Source of the DNA: an uncultured Prevotella sp.
GTDB taxonomy: Bacteria > Bacteroidota > Bacteroidia > Bacteroidales > Bacteroidaceae
DNA length: 64,000 bases
Reading direction: 5' to 3'
Assembly (NCBI GenBank): GCA_900314995.1
Contig: OMXK01000003.1
Span: 44,868 to 108,867 of the forward strand
Shown here: positions 19,634 to 28,742 of the stretch, in pieces
Position numbering within the stretch: the first letter of the stretch is position 1
Layout of the letters: each line of letters starts with the position of its first letter
The notes under the pieces: model-generated
What the model saw: only the letters and a program-made list of their open reading frames with translations
Database searches by the model: none
What the model was told of the DNA's origin: nothing
Made by a program: the position numbers and the translations under genes

Positions 19634-20479
19634 TTAAAATACATTCTGTACTGGCTTGCCCTGCTTCTGCTCCATATGCCTGATCCATACTTCGTGAGCT
19701 TCCCTGACAACTTTCTCGAGCCTATTGGCTCCGAAATAATAGTCGAGCCACTTCAAGATGTCTTTACTCGGCCAATTCTCGATGCCAACCCTACGAGCCA
19801 TGTGACCGGTTAGTTTGTCGTCAATATATGTTTCGAGGACATACTTTACCAAGGCAATACTGGCATTATACCTCTTCATGTATAGACGAACAAATTCCCC
19901 ATAATAACGATTGCGGAGCTCATTGTCGTTTAAGACTGCGTACAATCCATTACTGATTCGGATTAAAGCATCTTCACTTGGCGTAATGTGGAACTTAGGA
20001 ACATTGCCTGCAAGCAAAACATGCATGTTAATGCCGTATTTATGCTGTCGTTGGTTCTCACTGATCTTATCGCGATCATTGTCATTGGCCATCGCGTTGA
20101 TCTTACAGTCGAAAATTTCATAGGGGATTATCGGTTCCTCTATCACTTGATTTGGCGTGGGTACAAAACGATCACCCACTAGTGGCGACATGAAGGCGAC
20201 CATCTCATGACTATCCTTATCCCGTACGATACGAAAGGCCTCCGACTGTTCTACCAGTTCGGTTAGTTCCGAATCCTGTTTGAAGCCGAGTGCTGTTCGT
20301 AACTTATTGAAGTGAACACTTGTATATGCCAGTGTTACTTCATCCATATAGTCGATGGCACCGTCGAAGAGGTATTTAATCTTGCCGATAGCCGTCCACG
20401 AAAGTTTCTTGGCGCGCCAGTGGCGGTTGTAACTCCTGGCACTCGTGGCCGCCATTACCATATCGTTCTTATGTCTCAT
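19634..20479 (-). CDS. Hypothetical soluble protein (281 aa)
   Basis: Clean ATG-TAA ORF, own upstream -7 box, no TM or signal peptide, no polysaccharide-enzyme motif. Confidence 0.7.
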   Translation of the reverse strand: MRHKNDMVMAATSARSYNRHWRAKKLSWTAIGKIKYLFDGAIDYMDEVTLAYTSVHFNKLRTALGFKQDSELTELVEQSEAFRIVRDKDSHEMVAFMSPLVGDRFVPTPNQVIEEPIIPYEIFDCKINAMANDNDRDKISENQRQHKYGINMHVLLAGNVPKFHITPSEDALIRISNGLYAVLNDNELRNRYYGEFVRLYMKRYNASIALVKYVLETYIDDKLTGHMARRVGIENWPSKDILKWLDYYFGANRLEKVVREAHEVWIRHMEQKQGKPVQNVF

Positions 20480-20497
20480 AAATTATTTAAAATTTTC

Positions 20498-20620
20498 GAC
20501 GGGATGCCACCTACAGTCATCCCCGTCAATTCTAATTTCTAATTACTAATATATGGCCCTATTTATAGGAATAGGGCCTATAGAATATAGGCTTTAAAAC
20601 AATCTTCGGTATTTACCGAA
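20498..20620 (-). other. Cluster of inverted repeats in the putative 5' leader of the 281-aa ORF
   Basis: gacgggatg/catccccgtc (20498-20527); ggccctatt/aatagggcc (20555-20578); gcctata/tataggc (20576-20592); ttcggta/taccgaa (20605-20620). Confidence 0.6.
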
Positions 20621-20622
20621 TG

Positions 20623-20630
20623 CAAATCTA
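20623..20630 (-). promoter_or_regulatory. -7 element TAGATTTG
   Basis: CAAATCTA on + strand ~145 nt upstream of ATG 20479. Confidence 0.55.
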
Positions 20631-20745
20631 ATAAAATAAATTGTAACAAAATGCATTTGAGGCATTTATTTGGAAAAAATTAACGATTGCACGTAACCCA
20701 AGACAAAAAAAGCGCTATTTGTTTTGTCATGTGCTCACTTATTCG

Positions 20746-20753
20746 TACCTTTG
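20746..20753 (+). promoter_or_regulatory. -7 element TACCTTTG
   Basis: 7 nt before ATG 20761. Confidence 0.65.
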
Positions 20754-20760
20754 CCTCGGA

Positions 20761-21639
20761 ATGATACATTACATACAACTGATACGACCGTTGCAATGGC
20801 TCAAAAACTTCTTCGTTTTTGCGCCAATCTTCTTCAGTAACAAGTTACTGGAGGCTGAATCCTTCTGGCCGACGCTGATATTATTCGCATCGTTCTGCCT
20901 GATTTCAAGCTCCATCTATTGCTTCAACGACCTGCGAGATGTGGAGGCAGATCGCCAGCACCCGAAGAAATGCAAGCGTCCGATAGCATCGGGAGCCGTA
21001 TCCGTCAAAGGCGGCTATGCGATGATGCTTGTCTGCACCATCGGGGCATTCCTACTGATTCCATTCGCCAATAGTGTCAATACACCTTATTTATATATAA
21101 TAGTGGCTGCTTACTGGCTGATGAACATTGCCTACTGCATCAAACTGAAACAATTCGCGATTCTCGACGTGGCAATTATCGCCGTCGGATTCGTGATGCG
21201 AGTGCTTATCGGCGGTCTGACGACAGACATCTGGGTATCCCACTGGCTGGTGATGCTGACATTTCTCGTGACGCTGTTCCTGGCCTTCACGAAGCGCAAC
21301 GATGATTTCCGCCTCTATGAACAGACGGGCACGAAGCCGCGAGTCTCCATCACGGGCTACAACAAGACGTTCATCAACGAGGCCACAGCCATCATCGCTT
21401 CCGTCACGATGGTGTGCTACATCATGTACACCATGTCGCCGGAGGTGATTGAGCGCATGGGGACCCGATATGTCTATCTGACGAGCGGTTGGGTATTGGC
21501 AGGCTTGCTGCGCTATCTACAGAACATGATAGTCTTCGGCCTCAGTGGCAGCCCCACGAAATCAATCGTCAAGGACCACTTCGTGCAGTTCTGCATCCTT
21601 GGCTGGATTGCCTCTTTCTTTGCGATTATCTATCTATAA
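20761..21639 (+). CDS. UbiA-family prenyltransferase, decaprenyl-phosphate phosphoribosyltransferase (DPPR synthase)-like
   Basis: IRPLQWLKNFFVFAP, YCFNDLRDVEADRQHPKKCKRPIASG, DVAIIAVGFVMRV, FTKR; multi-TM; ATG 20761. Confidence 0.85.
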   Translation: MIHYIQLIRPLQWLKNFFVFAPIFFSNKLLEAESFWPTLILFASFCLISSSIYCFNDLRDVEADRQHPKKCKRPIASGAVSVKGGYAMMLVCTIGAFLLIPFANSVNTPYLYIIVAAYWLMNIAYCIKLKQFAILDVAIIAVGFVMRVLIGGLTTDIWVSHWLVMLTFLVTLFLAFTKRNDDFRLYEQTGTKPRVSITGYNKTFINEATAIIASVTMVCYIMYTMSPEVIERMGTRYVYLTSGWVLAGLLRYLQNMIVFGLSGSPTKSIVKDHFVQFCILGWIASFFAIIYL

Positions 21640-21654
21640 ATAAAATAATAGAAA

Positions 21655-22653
21655 ATGGATTCTAAGAGAATAAATTGGATTGACTGGGCAAAAACTACTG
21701 CGATCACAATGGTCGTTTTTGGGCACATTCCAGAAGCGAGAGGGAGTTTTCTCATCAACTATATCTGTTCTTTTCATATACCATTTTTCTTTTTTCTCTC
21801 AGGATATCTATTCAAAGTTCGTAATAATCATAGAGAAGAATTTAATAAGTTAAAGACGTCTTTGATCATTCCATATTTTATCTATAATATCATATTTTAT
21901 CCATATTGGTTTATAAAACAATATATAGAGAACGGAGGGATATCCTCATTCTATGATTTTGCGCTCAAACCATTACTTGGAACAATCTGTTTGCAAATCG
22001 AAACTTCATACACTACGCCCTTAAATGGAATAACATGGTTCTTAGCTGTCCTATTCATTATTAAAATCACTCTTATAATCTTCTACAAAAATGAAAAAAG
22101 GATAATCATAATTGCCATGGCAATTATATTAATAAACATATTAAACTATAATTATCATTTCGCAAGATCTCTTACAACTGTTGGACTACTTGAAAGTTCC
22201 CCATTTTATATTCTTGGATATTTAACAAAAAAGCACGAATTTCTAACTCGAAATCATAAACACAATCTCATTACAGGTTTATCACTCATTTGTATAAGCA
22301 CAATTATTCATTTAAGCAAAGCATATATACAAGAAACAACATGTATTATATTGATTACGTTTTACTCTTTAAGTATATGTGCCATTTTTGGTATGTGTTA
22401 TTTATGCAAATCCATAAATAACATTTCTTCACAAATTGTGATTAACATTTCTATAGGTACCCTGATGATTATGGGAATTCATTGGATGTTTATAGGAACT
22501 ATAAATAAGATCTTGGAGCACTATTACAATTTAACAGGTGGCATTGTATATTCATGGTATAATGCCCTGATTCTTGCGATTATTATAGAAGCATGTATAT
22601 ACCCTTTTATTATCTTCGCAATAAAACGAAAGCCTATTCTGCTAGGCAAATAG
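21655..22653 (+). CDS. Acyltransferase family 3
   Basis: RINWIDWAK…VVFGH, FHIPFFFFLSGY, TWFL; ~10 TM. Confidence 0.88.
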   Translation: MDSKRINWIDWAKTTAITMVVFGHIPEARGSFLINYICSFHIPFFFFLSGYLFKVRNNHREEFNKLKTSLIIPYFIYNIIFYPYWFIKQYIENGGISSFYDFALKPLLGTICLQIETSYTTPLNGITWFLAVLFIIKITLIIFYKNEKRIIIIAMAIILINILNYNYHFARSLTTVGLLESSPFYILGYLTKKHEFLTRNHKHNLITGLSLICISTIIHLSKAYIQETTCIILITFYSLSICAIFGMCYLCKSINNISSQIVINISIGTLMIMGIHWMFIGTINKILEHYYNLTGGIVYSWYNALILAIIIEACIYPFIIFAIKRKPILLGK

Positions 22654-23707
22654 GGGGTAGCTTGGTTTTTACCCATCGATATGATGTATAGATGCCTACA
22701 AAAATGGCAACCTTTATCAGTGGGCATAGGAGATAATGGAAAGAAAGACTAGCGGTAGATATGCCGAAGAGGGCGAAGAATATCTCGTCGATGAAGGACA
22801 TGAAAAACACATAATGTGCCAAGTAGATAAAGTAGGCGGAATCACACAAAAGGGACTGTCCCTTCTGTGAGATATGACTGACCAGACAAATAACAGCGAT
22901 GGCACCAGTAATTCGGAATACCAGCATCAGTGATGAGAAGACTGATGTATGATATGTACAAATCATGGCTATAGCCAGAATCACAGACAGGATATAGGCT
23001 GGTAATTCATATCGTTTCATCTTCTCAACCAAGTCCATCTTGCGGATACTCAGGAAAGCTCCAAAAGTAAAAAAAAAGACAGCATAGGCTGAAAGGCCTG
23101 GGATAAAAGCACATATACCAGATAGATAGAGAATCGTAATCAAGCCAAGTAGCCAAAAGCCCAATCTTCGAATACCTATATACACAATAGGCGTAAGGAG
23201 CGATACGACCATTAAATCTCGTAAAAACCAAAGCGGCATATTTGCGGGAGCCGTCATCAGTTGCTCGTTACCCAACCAATCTATCTGAATGCCAGCAGGT
23301 TTCCAATATACCCAAAACAAACTCCAACTGAAAGATTTCAACTTGATTGCCATCAGCAAATTCCAAATCAAATATGGAATCAATAGCGTCTTTACGCGAC
23401 GAAACATTTTCTCTTTGTAAACTGAGAGATTCCATTCCTTGACATTTGCAAAAAACAGATAGCCAGAGATGATAAAGAAAACGGGGACGGCTACTTTAAC
23501 GAGCGTTTGACTGATAAGCAGTTTGAGAAATTCATAAGTATTCCATTCTGAAGAAAGCAAATAGAAATCATCTGCTACATGTCCATAACTGTGGGCAAAG
23601 GTGACTAGGACGATCATCGGAAAGCGCAACTGCCGGATGACATCATATTGAGAAAGACTACGAGTAGGCAAGTTCTGCTCAGGAATAAAACTATTGCTGT
23701 CGTTCAT
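22634..23707 (-). CDS. Acyltransferase family 3
   Basis: LRFPMIVLVTFAH, AVPVFFIISGYLFF, RVKTLLIPY, PLWFLRDL. Confidence 0.88.
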   Translation of the reverse strand: MNDSNSFIPEQNLPTRSLSQYDVIRQLRFPMIVLVTFAHSYGHVADDFYLLSSEWNTYEFLKLLISQTLVKVAVPVFFIISGYLFFANVKEWNLSVYKEKMFRRVKTLLIPYLIWNLLMAIKLKSFSWSLFWVYWKPAGIQIDWLGNEQLMTAPANMPLWFLRDLMVVSLLTPIVYIGIRRLGFWLLGLITILYLSGICAFIPGLSAYAVFFFTFGAFLSIRKMDLVEKMKRYELPAYILSVILAIAMICTYHTSVFSSLMLVFRITGAIAVICLVSHISQKGQSLLCDSAYFIYLAHYVFFMSFIDEIFFALFGISTASLSFHYLLCPLIKVAIFVGIYTSYRWVKTKLPPICLAE

Positions 23708-24707
23708 ATTTCACACCAAAAAGATAATGACCCAAGAAAGGACTGAGCCGAATAATATAGCTAACCACCAGACAGATTAATATAACCATGAGTGCCAGTA
23801 ACAATGCCACGACGAACTCCCATGTTCGACTATTGTATATCAAGAAATGAGTCTTATGGAAAAGGAGGAAACGAGGCAATACAAAATAGTGAATTAAGTA
23901 GACATCAAGGGTTCGAGTACCTATATACTGGAGGCTACGCCCCAGAAATCTATCCTTCGTAAAAGCAGTAGCAAAAGAACGGAAGAAAGTAAACACCATC
24001 GTCAAACCTAAAACACCTCCAACAGCAAAGATAAAATAAGCCAAGCAAGAATTTTCCGTATGAAGCTGACAAGCGATTAGAGCGAATCCAATGACAACAA
24101 GAACCAGGACAAAGTGATTTCCCGTCCATCTGAGATAATCCTCAAAATGCCGCTTCACACATGTACCGATATAGAAGAACAGATAATAACGCCAAGTGGC
24201 AAAACTCAAGAGACCCAGAACGTCAGTCAACAATCCCATATCTTTAAAATACAGATTAAAATAGACATCATAGAAAAATGCAGATGCAGAGGTGGCCAAT
24301 GCAAACAACCAATGCCACTTCTTCAAATAACGTTCAAAGAAAATGTAGAGCAAGAAGAACACAAACAAGGCGAAAGTGAACCAATATCCGCCCTTAGTGG
24401 TGCCTAATCTACTGAAAAACAAGGGAGGTGGGGCTAATAGTAATAGGAAGATGACCGTCGGCACTATCTGCACCATGAATTTATGCTTGATCGTATGGCG
24501 TATTGTAATACTATTCCACTGGCGTCCAACCTGTTCAAACAGCCATCCACTAATGAAAAAGAAACACGGCAAACGAAACAGGAAAAACACATCGTTCCAG
24601 CCCATCGTCCAATCTCCTAGACAATAACGACAGATATGTGAATAGACCACGAGAATCATGGTAAATCCCCGCATCGCATCAATGTATTCTACTCGTTTAG
24701 TTGCCAT
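23691..24707 (-). CDS. Acyltransferase family 3
   Basis: RVEYIDAMRGFTMILVVYSH, FRLPCFFFISG, YWFT; ATG 24707 preferred. Confidence 0.88.
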   Translation of the reverse strand: MATKRVEYIDAMRGFTMILVVYSHICRYCLGDWTMGWNDVFFLFRLPCFFFISGWLFEQVGRQWNSITIRHTIKHKFMVQIVPTVIFLLLLAPPPLFFSRLGTTKGGYWFTFALFVFFLLYIFFERYLKKWHWLFALATSASAFFYDVYFNLYFKDMGLLTDVLGLLSFATWRYYLFFYIGTCVKRHFEDYLRWTGNHFVLVLVVIGFALIACQLHTENSCLAYFIFAVGGVLGLTMVFTFFRSFATAFTKDRFLGRSLQYIGTRTLDVYLIHYFVLPRFLLFHKTHFLIYNSRTWEFVVALLLALMVILICLVVSYIIRLSPFLGHYLFGVKYERQQ

Positions 24708-24715
24708 TATGGGCG

Positions 24716-24723
24716 CAAAATTA
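24716..24723 (-). promoter_or_regulatory. -7 element TAATTTTG
   Basis: CAAAATTA, 8 nt upstream of ATG 24707. Confidence 0.6.
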
Positions 24724-24848
24724 CGAAAAGTCGAGAGCAAAACAAAAGAATTCATTCTTTTTTTTGCCGAGACGAAGTAAGTTCGCCATCTTTGATGGCA
24801 AAATTACAGAAAAAAGCTGGAACTTTTGGTGATTTGAAGATAAAATAT

Positions 24849-24856
24849 TACTTTTG
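24849..24856 (+). promoter_or_regulatory. -7 element TACTTTTG
   Basis: 4 nt before ATG 24861. Confidence 0.6.
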
Positions 24857-24860
24857 TCGT

Positions 24861-25904
24861 ATGAAAGAGCGAATTAACTGGATTGACTGGGGTAAGGCAC
24901 TGGCGGTTATTACCGTCGTGTTCTGCCATCTGCCCCAATCGCAGGAGTGGTTCTACTATCGCTATTTGCAAACCTGCATCATATCGATATTCTTCTTTCT
25001 TTCAGGCTATCTGAAGAAAGATCATGGCAGCGACAAGGAGAACTGGAAGAAATATTGGAATGGGCTCATTATACCTTATTTATTATATAATGCGATTGTC
25101 TATCCCTATTGGTTTGCCAAATACTATCTGCAGAATGGCGATATGCCAGATATGTTCCATGCGTTGCGCCCCATCTTCGGCGCCCTACTCTTCCAACACG
25201 AGAATGCCTTCTGCGAACCGCTTGACGGACCATTATGGTACCTGCCGGCCATCCTGGCAATGCACATCATCGGTGATTTGTGCAGAAAAACCAAATATCA
25301 TCACATCATCCTGATATCGCTATGCGTATTATCATACTTCGTTTACGCAGGAAACAAGTTCTGGAATTTCTTGCCAAATCTTTCATTCATAGGTCTCATC
25401 AGTCGCTTACCCATTTATTATATAGGTTATATCATGGGGCAGAAGAAACTATTCAGAGACATCAACCACATTAGGCATTTCGGCTTTGGACTTATGCTAA
25501 TGCTTGCTAGTATAGCCTTTTTCCACTGGCATCTACAATTGTTCTATGCAGGAGCCGTGTCACGGTTCCTATCTACGGACTTCCTATTACATATCGCACT
25601 CTTCTACCCTGTCAACATCTGTTTTATGTTCGGAGTGCTGTATTTCTGCAAAGCGCTCAATGGTATTCATTCCAAGATAATTGTCAACCTATCCATCGGT
25701 ACTTTGGTCATCATCGGTCTCCATATCGTCTTGATTACGATAGTGAATTTCGCCCTCGAGCACCTGCTTCACATACAAGGCGTCATCTGCTATCAGTGGT
25801 ACGAAGCCCTACCCGTTGCCCTGCTCATCACCGCCATCCTCTACCCCGTCATCCTCTGGGGCAAGAACCACGCTCCCATCCTCTTAGGCAAAAAACGTCC
25901 ATAA
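24861..25904 (+). CDS. Acyltransferase family 3; paralog of 21655-22653
   Basis: RINWIDWGK…VVFCH, FFFLSGY, PLWYL, C-terminal PILLGK shared with the paralog; ATG 24861. Confidence 0.88.
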   Translation: MKERINWIDWGKALAVITVVFCHLPQSQEWFYYRYLQTCIISIFFFLSGYLKKDHGSDKENWKKYWNGLIIPYLLYNAIVYPYWFAKYYLQNGDMPDMFHALRPIFGALLFQHENAFCEPLDGPLWYLPAILAMHIIGDLCRKTKYHHIILISLCVLSYFVYAGNKFWNFLPNLSFIGLISRLPIYYIGYIMGQKKLFRDINHIRHFGFGLMLMLASIAFFHWHLQLFYAGAVSRFLSTDFLLHIALFYPVNICFMFGVLYFCKALNGIHSKIIVNLSIGTLVIIGLHIVLITIVNFALEHLLHIQGVICYQWYEALPVALLITAILYPVILWGKNHAPILLGKKRP

Positions 25905-25931
25905 TTATTTGGAGATTACAAATTAATGAAC

Positions 25932-25939
25932 TATATTTG
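25932..25939 (+). promoter_or_regulatory. -7 element TATATTTG
   Basis: Upstream of ATG 25957. Confidence 0.55.
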
Positions 25940-25956
25940 CAGAAAAATTGGTAGAT

Positions 25957-26895
25957 ATGGCAAAAGATATCAAGTTCAGCGTAACGATTCCTGCCTATAA
26001 GGACAGGTATCTGAAGGAAACTATCGACAGCGTTCTGGCACAAACCTACCAGAATTATGAGATTGTGATTGTTAATGATGCCTCTCCATACGACCTTGAC
26101 AGCATTGTCATGCAATACCACGATCCTCGTATCCACTATTTCAAGAACGAAAAGAATTGTGGAGCCAAGAACGTCGTCGATAACTGGAACATTTGCCTCA
26201 GCCATGCCATGGGAGAATTTGTAATGTGCATCGGTGATGATGACAATCTGACACCAAGATGCTTGCAGGACTTTGCTGATTTAATTGAAAAATATCCAAA
26301 CTTGGATCTGTATCATGCCAGAAGTGAGATTATTGATGACGGTTCCAATTTCGTCCGTCTACTAGAGAAACGTCCAGAATGGGAGTCGGTTTACTCACTA
26401 ATATATAATCCACGTAACTCACATCTTGGCGAGTTTCTTTTTAAAGTCCAAACTCTTCGAAAGAACGGAGGATTCTACAAACTTCCTTATGGTTGGCAAA
26501 GTGATGACATCAGTGCGTTTATAGCCGCAACCAGCTTTGGTATGGCTAACACCCAAGATGTAGGTTTCCAATATCGTGGCAATGGGCTATCTATCAGCCA
26601 TGACCTCACTTGCATTGAGGACAAGATTGAAGCGGTTCGTTTTTCTATCAAATGGAGATTGGATTTCGTGAACCAATCCAATTCTAAAAATGAGAATGAT
26701 CTTCGACTTATTAAACTGATTAAGCGTTTTGCTCTAAAACAAGGCAATCAAGAAATTGATGATATGATTGAGTTTGACATCCGAAAACAATTTTGGAGTC
26801 GTAGTTGGTTCTGGGCTATCCACCGCGGGAAACATGGTATCTCATTCAAACGCTATCTTTTATGCGTTCTCAAATCTTTCAAATATTCTATATAG
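25957..26895 (+). CDS. Glycosyltransferase family 2
   Basis: SVTIPAYK, VNDASP, NWN, IGDDD. Confidence 0.9.
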   Translation: MAKDIKFSVTIPAYKDRYLKETIDSVLAQTYQNYEIVIVNDASPYDLDSIVMQYHDPRIHYFKNEKNCGAKNVVDNWNICLSHAMGEFVMCIGDDDNLTPRCLQDFADLIEKYPNLDLYHARSEIIDDGSNFVRLLEKRPEWESVYSLIYNPRNSHLGEFLFKVQTLRKNGGFYKLPYGWQSDDISAFIAATSFGMANTQDVGFQYRGNGLSISHDLTCIEDKIEAVRFSIKWRLDFVNQSNSKNENDLRLIKLIKRFALKQGNQEIDDMIEFDIRKQFWSRSWFWAIHRGKHGISFKRYLLCVLKSFKYSI

Positions 26896-26926
26896 GAACA
26901 CAAGTTTACAAAAAATGACCCAAACA

Positions 26927-27535
26927 CTAGTATAAAGGGAATGGATTAATAATATATCTACCAGGATTATTATAATTTATTACTTTTGCTGGAGAGCCAA
27001 CGGCTGTTGCATTACTTGGAATATCCTTAGTAACTACTGCCCCAGCTCCTATAGTTACACTATTACCAACGTTTACATTTTCAACCAAACATGAGTTTGG
27101 GCCAATATAAACATTATCTCCAATAATTGCAGGTGTTTCATGATTTGTACCTATACTTATAAAATGAGACAATGACACATTATTACCAATAATAGTTCCA
27201 CCATTAACTACAATAGACATCCCATGCCCCAACTCAAATCCATACCCAATCCTAGTCATTGGGGGTAAATAGATATTTGAACGTCTACAAACTATATTAA
27301 AAATAAAACAAAAGAAACGGAAAAGGGTGCCTCTATACTGACATAACCTAAACCAGAATAATACTGAATTGTCAAAATGTCTTATATTCTTTAATAAAAT
27401 GGTCTTTGTGGATTCCATTTTACCAACGACACGATAGTTGTCGCTCTTAATTAACAACAAACAGTCTTTATAACCCTCTGGAAATGGAATGTCGATATAA
27501 CAATCACAACTTAATAAAATCTTTTCTTTGCGCAT
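26927..27535 (-). CDS. Serine-acetyltransferase-like hexapeptide O-acetyltransferase (WcaB-like)
   Basis: IGYGFELGH, IIGNNV, IIGDNVYIG, IGAGAVVTKDIP…VGSPAK; ATG 27535 preferred. Confidence 0.85.
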   Translation of the reverse strand: MRKEKILLSCDCYIDIPFPEGYKDCLLLIKSDNYRVVGKMESTKTILLKNIRHFDNSVLFWFRLCQYRGTLFRFFCFIFNIVCRRSNIYLPPMTRIGYGFELGHGMSIVVNGGTIIGNNVSLSHFISIGTNHETPAIIGDNVYIGPNSCLVENVNVGNSVTIGAGAVVTKDIPSNATAVGSPAKVINYNNPGRYIINPFPLY

Positions 27536-27560
27536 AAAAAAGAAATAACAAAAACATATT

Positions 27561-28682
27561 TTATAGATTCTCAAATAGGTTCTTCCACTGAGGCATAACT
27601 TTCTCCGCGGCAAAACGTTTTGATGCCTCAATTCCTGCCGTCCCCATTTCTCTTCTCAATTTTTCATTCTCAATAAGTAAACAAATTTTTTTCGCAAACA
27701 GCTCTACATTATTCGGAGGTATAAGAAAACCATCAATACCGTCTCGAATAATATCTCTAGGGCCATATGGACAATCGAAAGAAACTACAGGTAATCCGCA
27801 ACTCATTTCTTCCGGAAGCACTAATGCAAAAGATTCTGAAATTGAGGTTAAAATCGCTATAGAGCTATTACAATACTCTTTATGTATATCACTTGTTGGC
27901 TCATGAATTCTAAAGTTAATATTTAGCGACTCAATAAGAGGAGCGTATTTATCCCTTTCCTCACCTTCCCCATAAAAATCCAAAATCCAATCTGGATGAT
28001 TTCGATTGACAATTTTCCAAATTTTGATCATATTTGGAATACCTTTTAAATATGCAAATCTTCCAGCATAAATAACCCGCTTTTGCGTATATGTACTATA
28101 ATTACCTGTTTTATTCAGGTTAACAACATTGGGTATAACTATCACCTTTGTATTTTTATTCTTATGTATCCAATCCATTGCATCACCTTGAGTTAATGAT
28201 ACTAATACATCGGCTTTCCTATAAACGGACAACGCTTTATTTCTAAATAACTTTTTTAGGACATTCGTCACCCCGTCAACAGAAGTAACATAATACATCG
28301 TGTGCGATTCTATTATCAACTTAGCAGAGCCCTTATATCTTAACAATGCTCCTGCTGGCATATCATCGGTACCAATAATAATATCAGGTTGGATAGCTCT
28401 GATTATTTGTTTTACTCGGTACTCAAATTTAATCTGCAATTTTAACTTTTCCCACAATCGCCTTATACCTTTGTATGCATACTGGGTATGCATTCTAATG
28501 CCCAAATCAGAATAATGAACTTTTTCACTTAATTTAAATGGTATTTGATGAGTTCCTTGATCTCTAGTTATCATATACACATCATAACCATAATGATCAG
28601 ATAGATAGTTCATCTTATCTGCTAAAACCCGTTCTACTCCCCCAAAACGAGCCAAAGTTTGATAGTAATACAAAATCTTCAT
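27561..28682 (-). CDS. Glycosyltransferase family 4, AmsD-like
   Basis: MKILYY…GGVERVLADKMNYL, ESFALVLPEEMSCGLPVVSFDCPYGP. Confidence 0.9.
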   Translation of the reverse strand: MKILYYYQTLARFGGVERVLADKMNYLSDHYGYDVYMITRDQGTHQIPFKLSEKVHYSDLGIRMHTQYAYKGIRRLWEKLKLQIKFEYRVKQIIRAIQPDIIIGTDDMPAGALLRYKGSAKLIIESHTMYYVTSVDGVTNVLKKLFRNKALSVYRKADVLVSLTQGDAMDWIHKNKNTKVIVIPNVVNLNKTGNYSTYTQKRVIYAGRFAYLKGIPNMIKIWKIVNRNHPDWILDFYGEGEERDKYAPLIESLNINFRIHEPTSDIHKEYCNSSIAILTSISESFALVLPEEMSCGLPVVSFDCPYGPRDIIRDGIDGFLIPPNNVELFAKKICLLIENEKLRREMGTAGIEASKRFAAEKVMPQWKNLFENL

Positions 28683-28742
28683 AGAATATGAGCGACGACA
28701 AGTTTTTTGTGATATAAAAACGCCAAGAATATATACTCTTTC

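Noticed and set aside
27536-27631. Longer start for the serine-acetyltransferase-like ORF
   Set aside because: Overlaps the upstream GT4 3' end; ATG 27535 after the stop is more plausible
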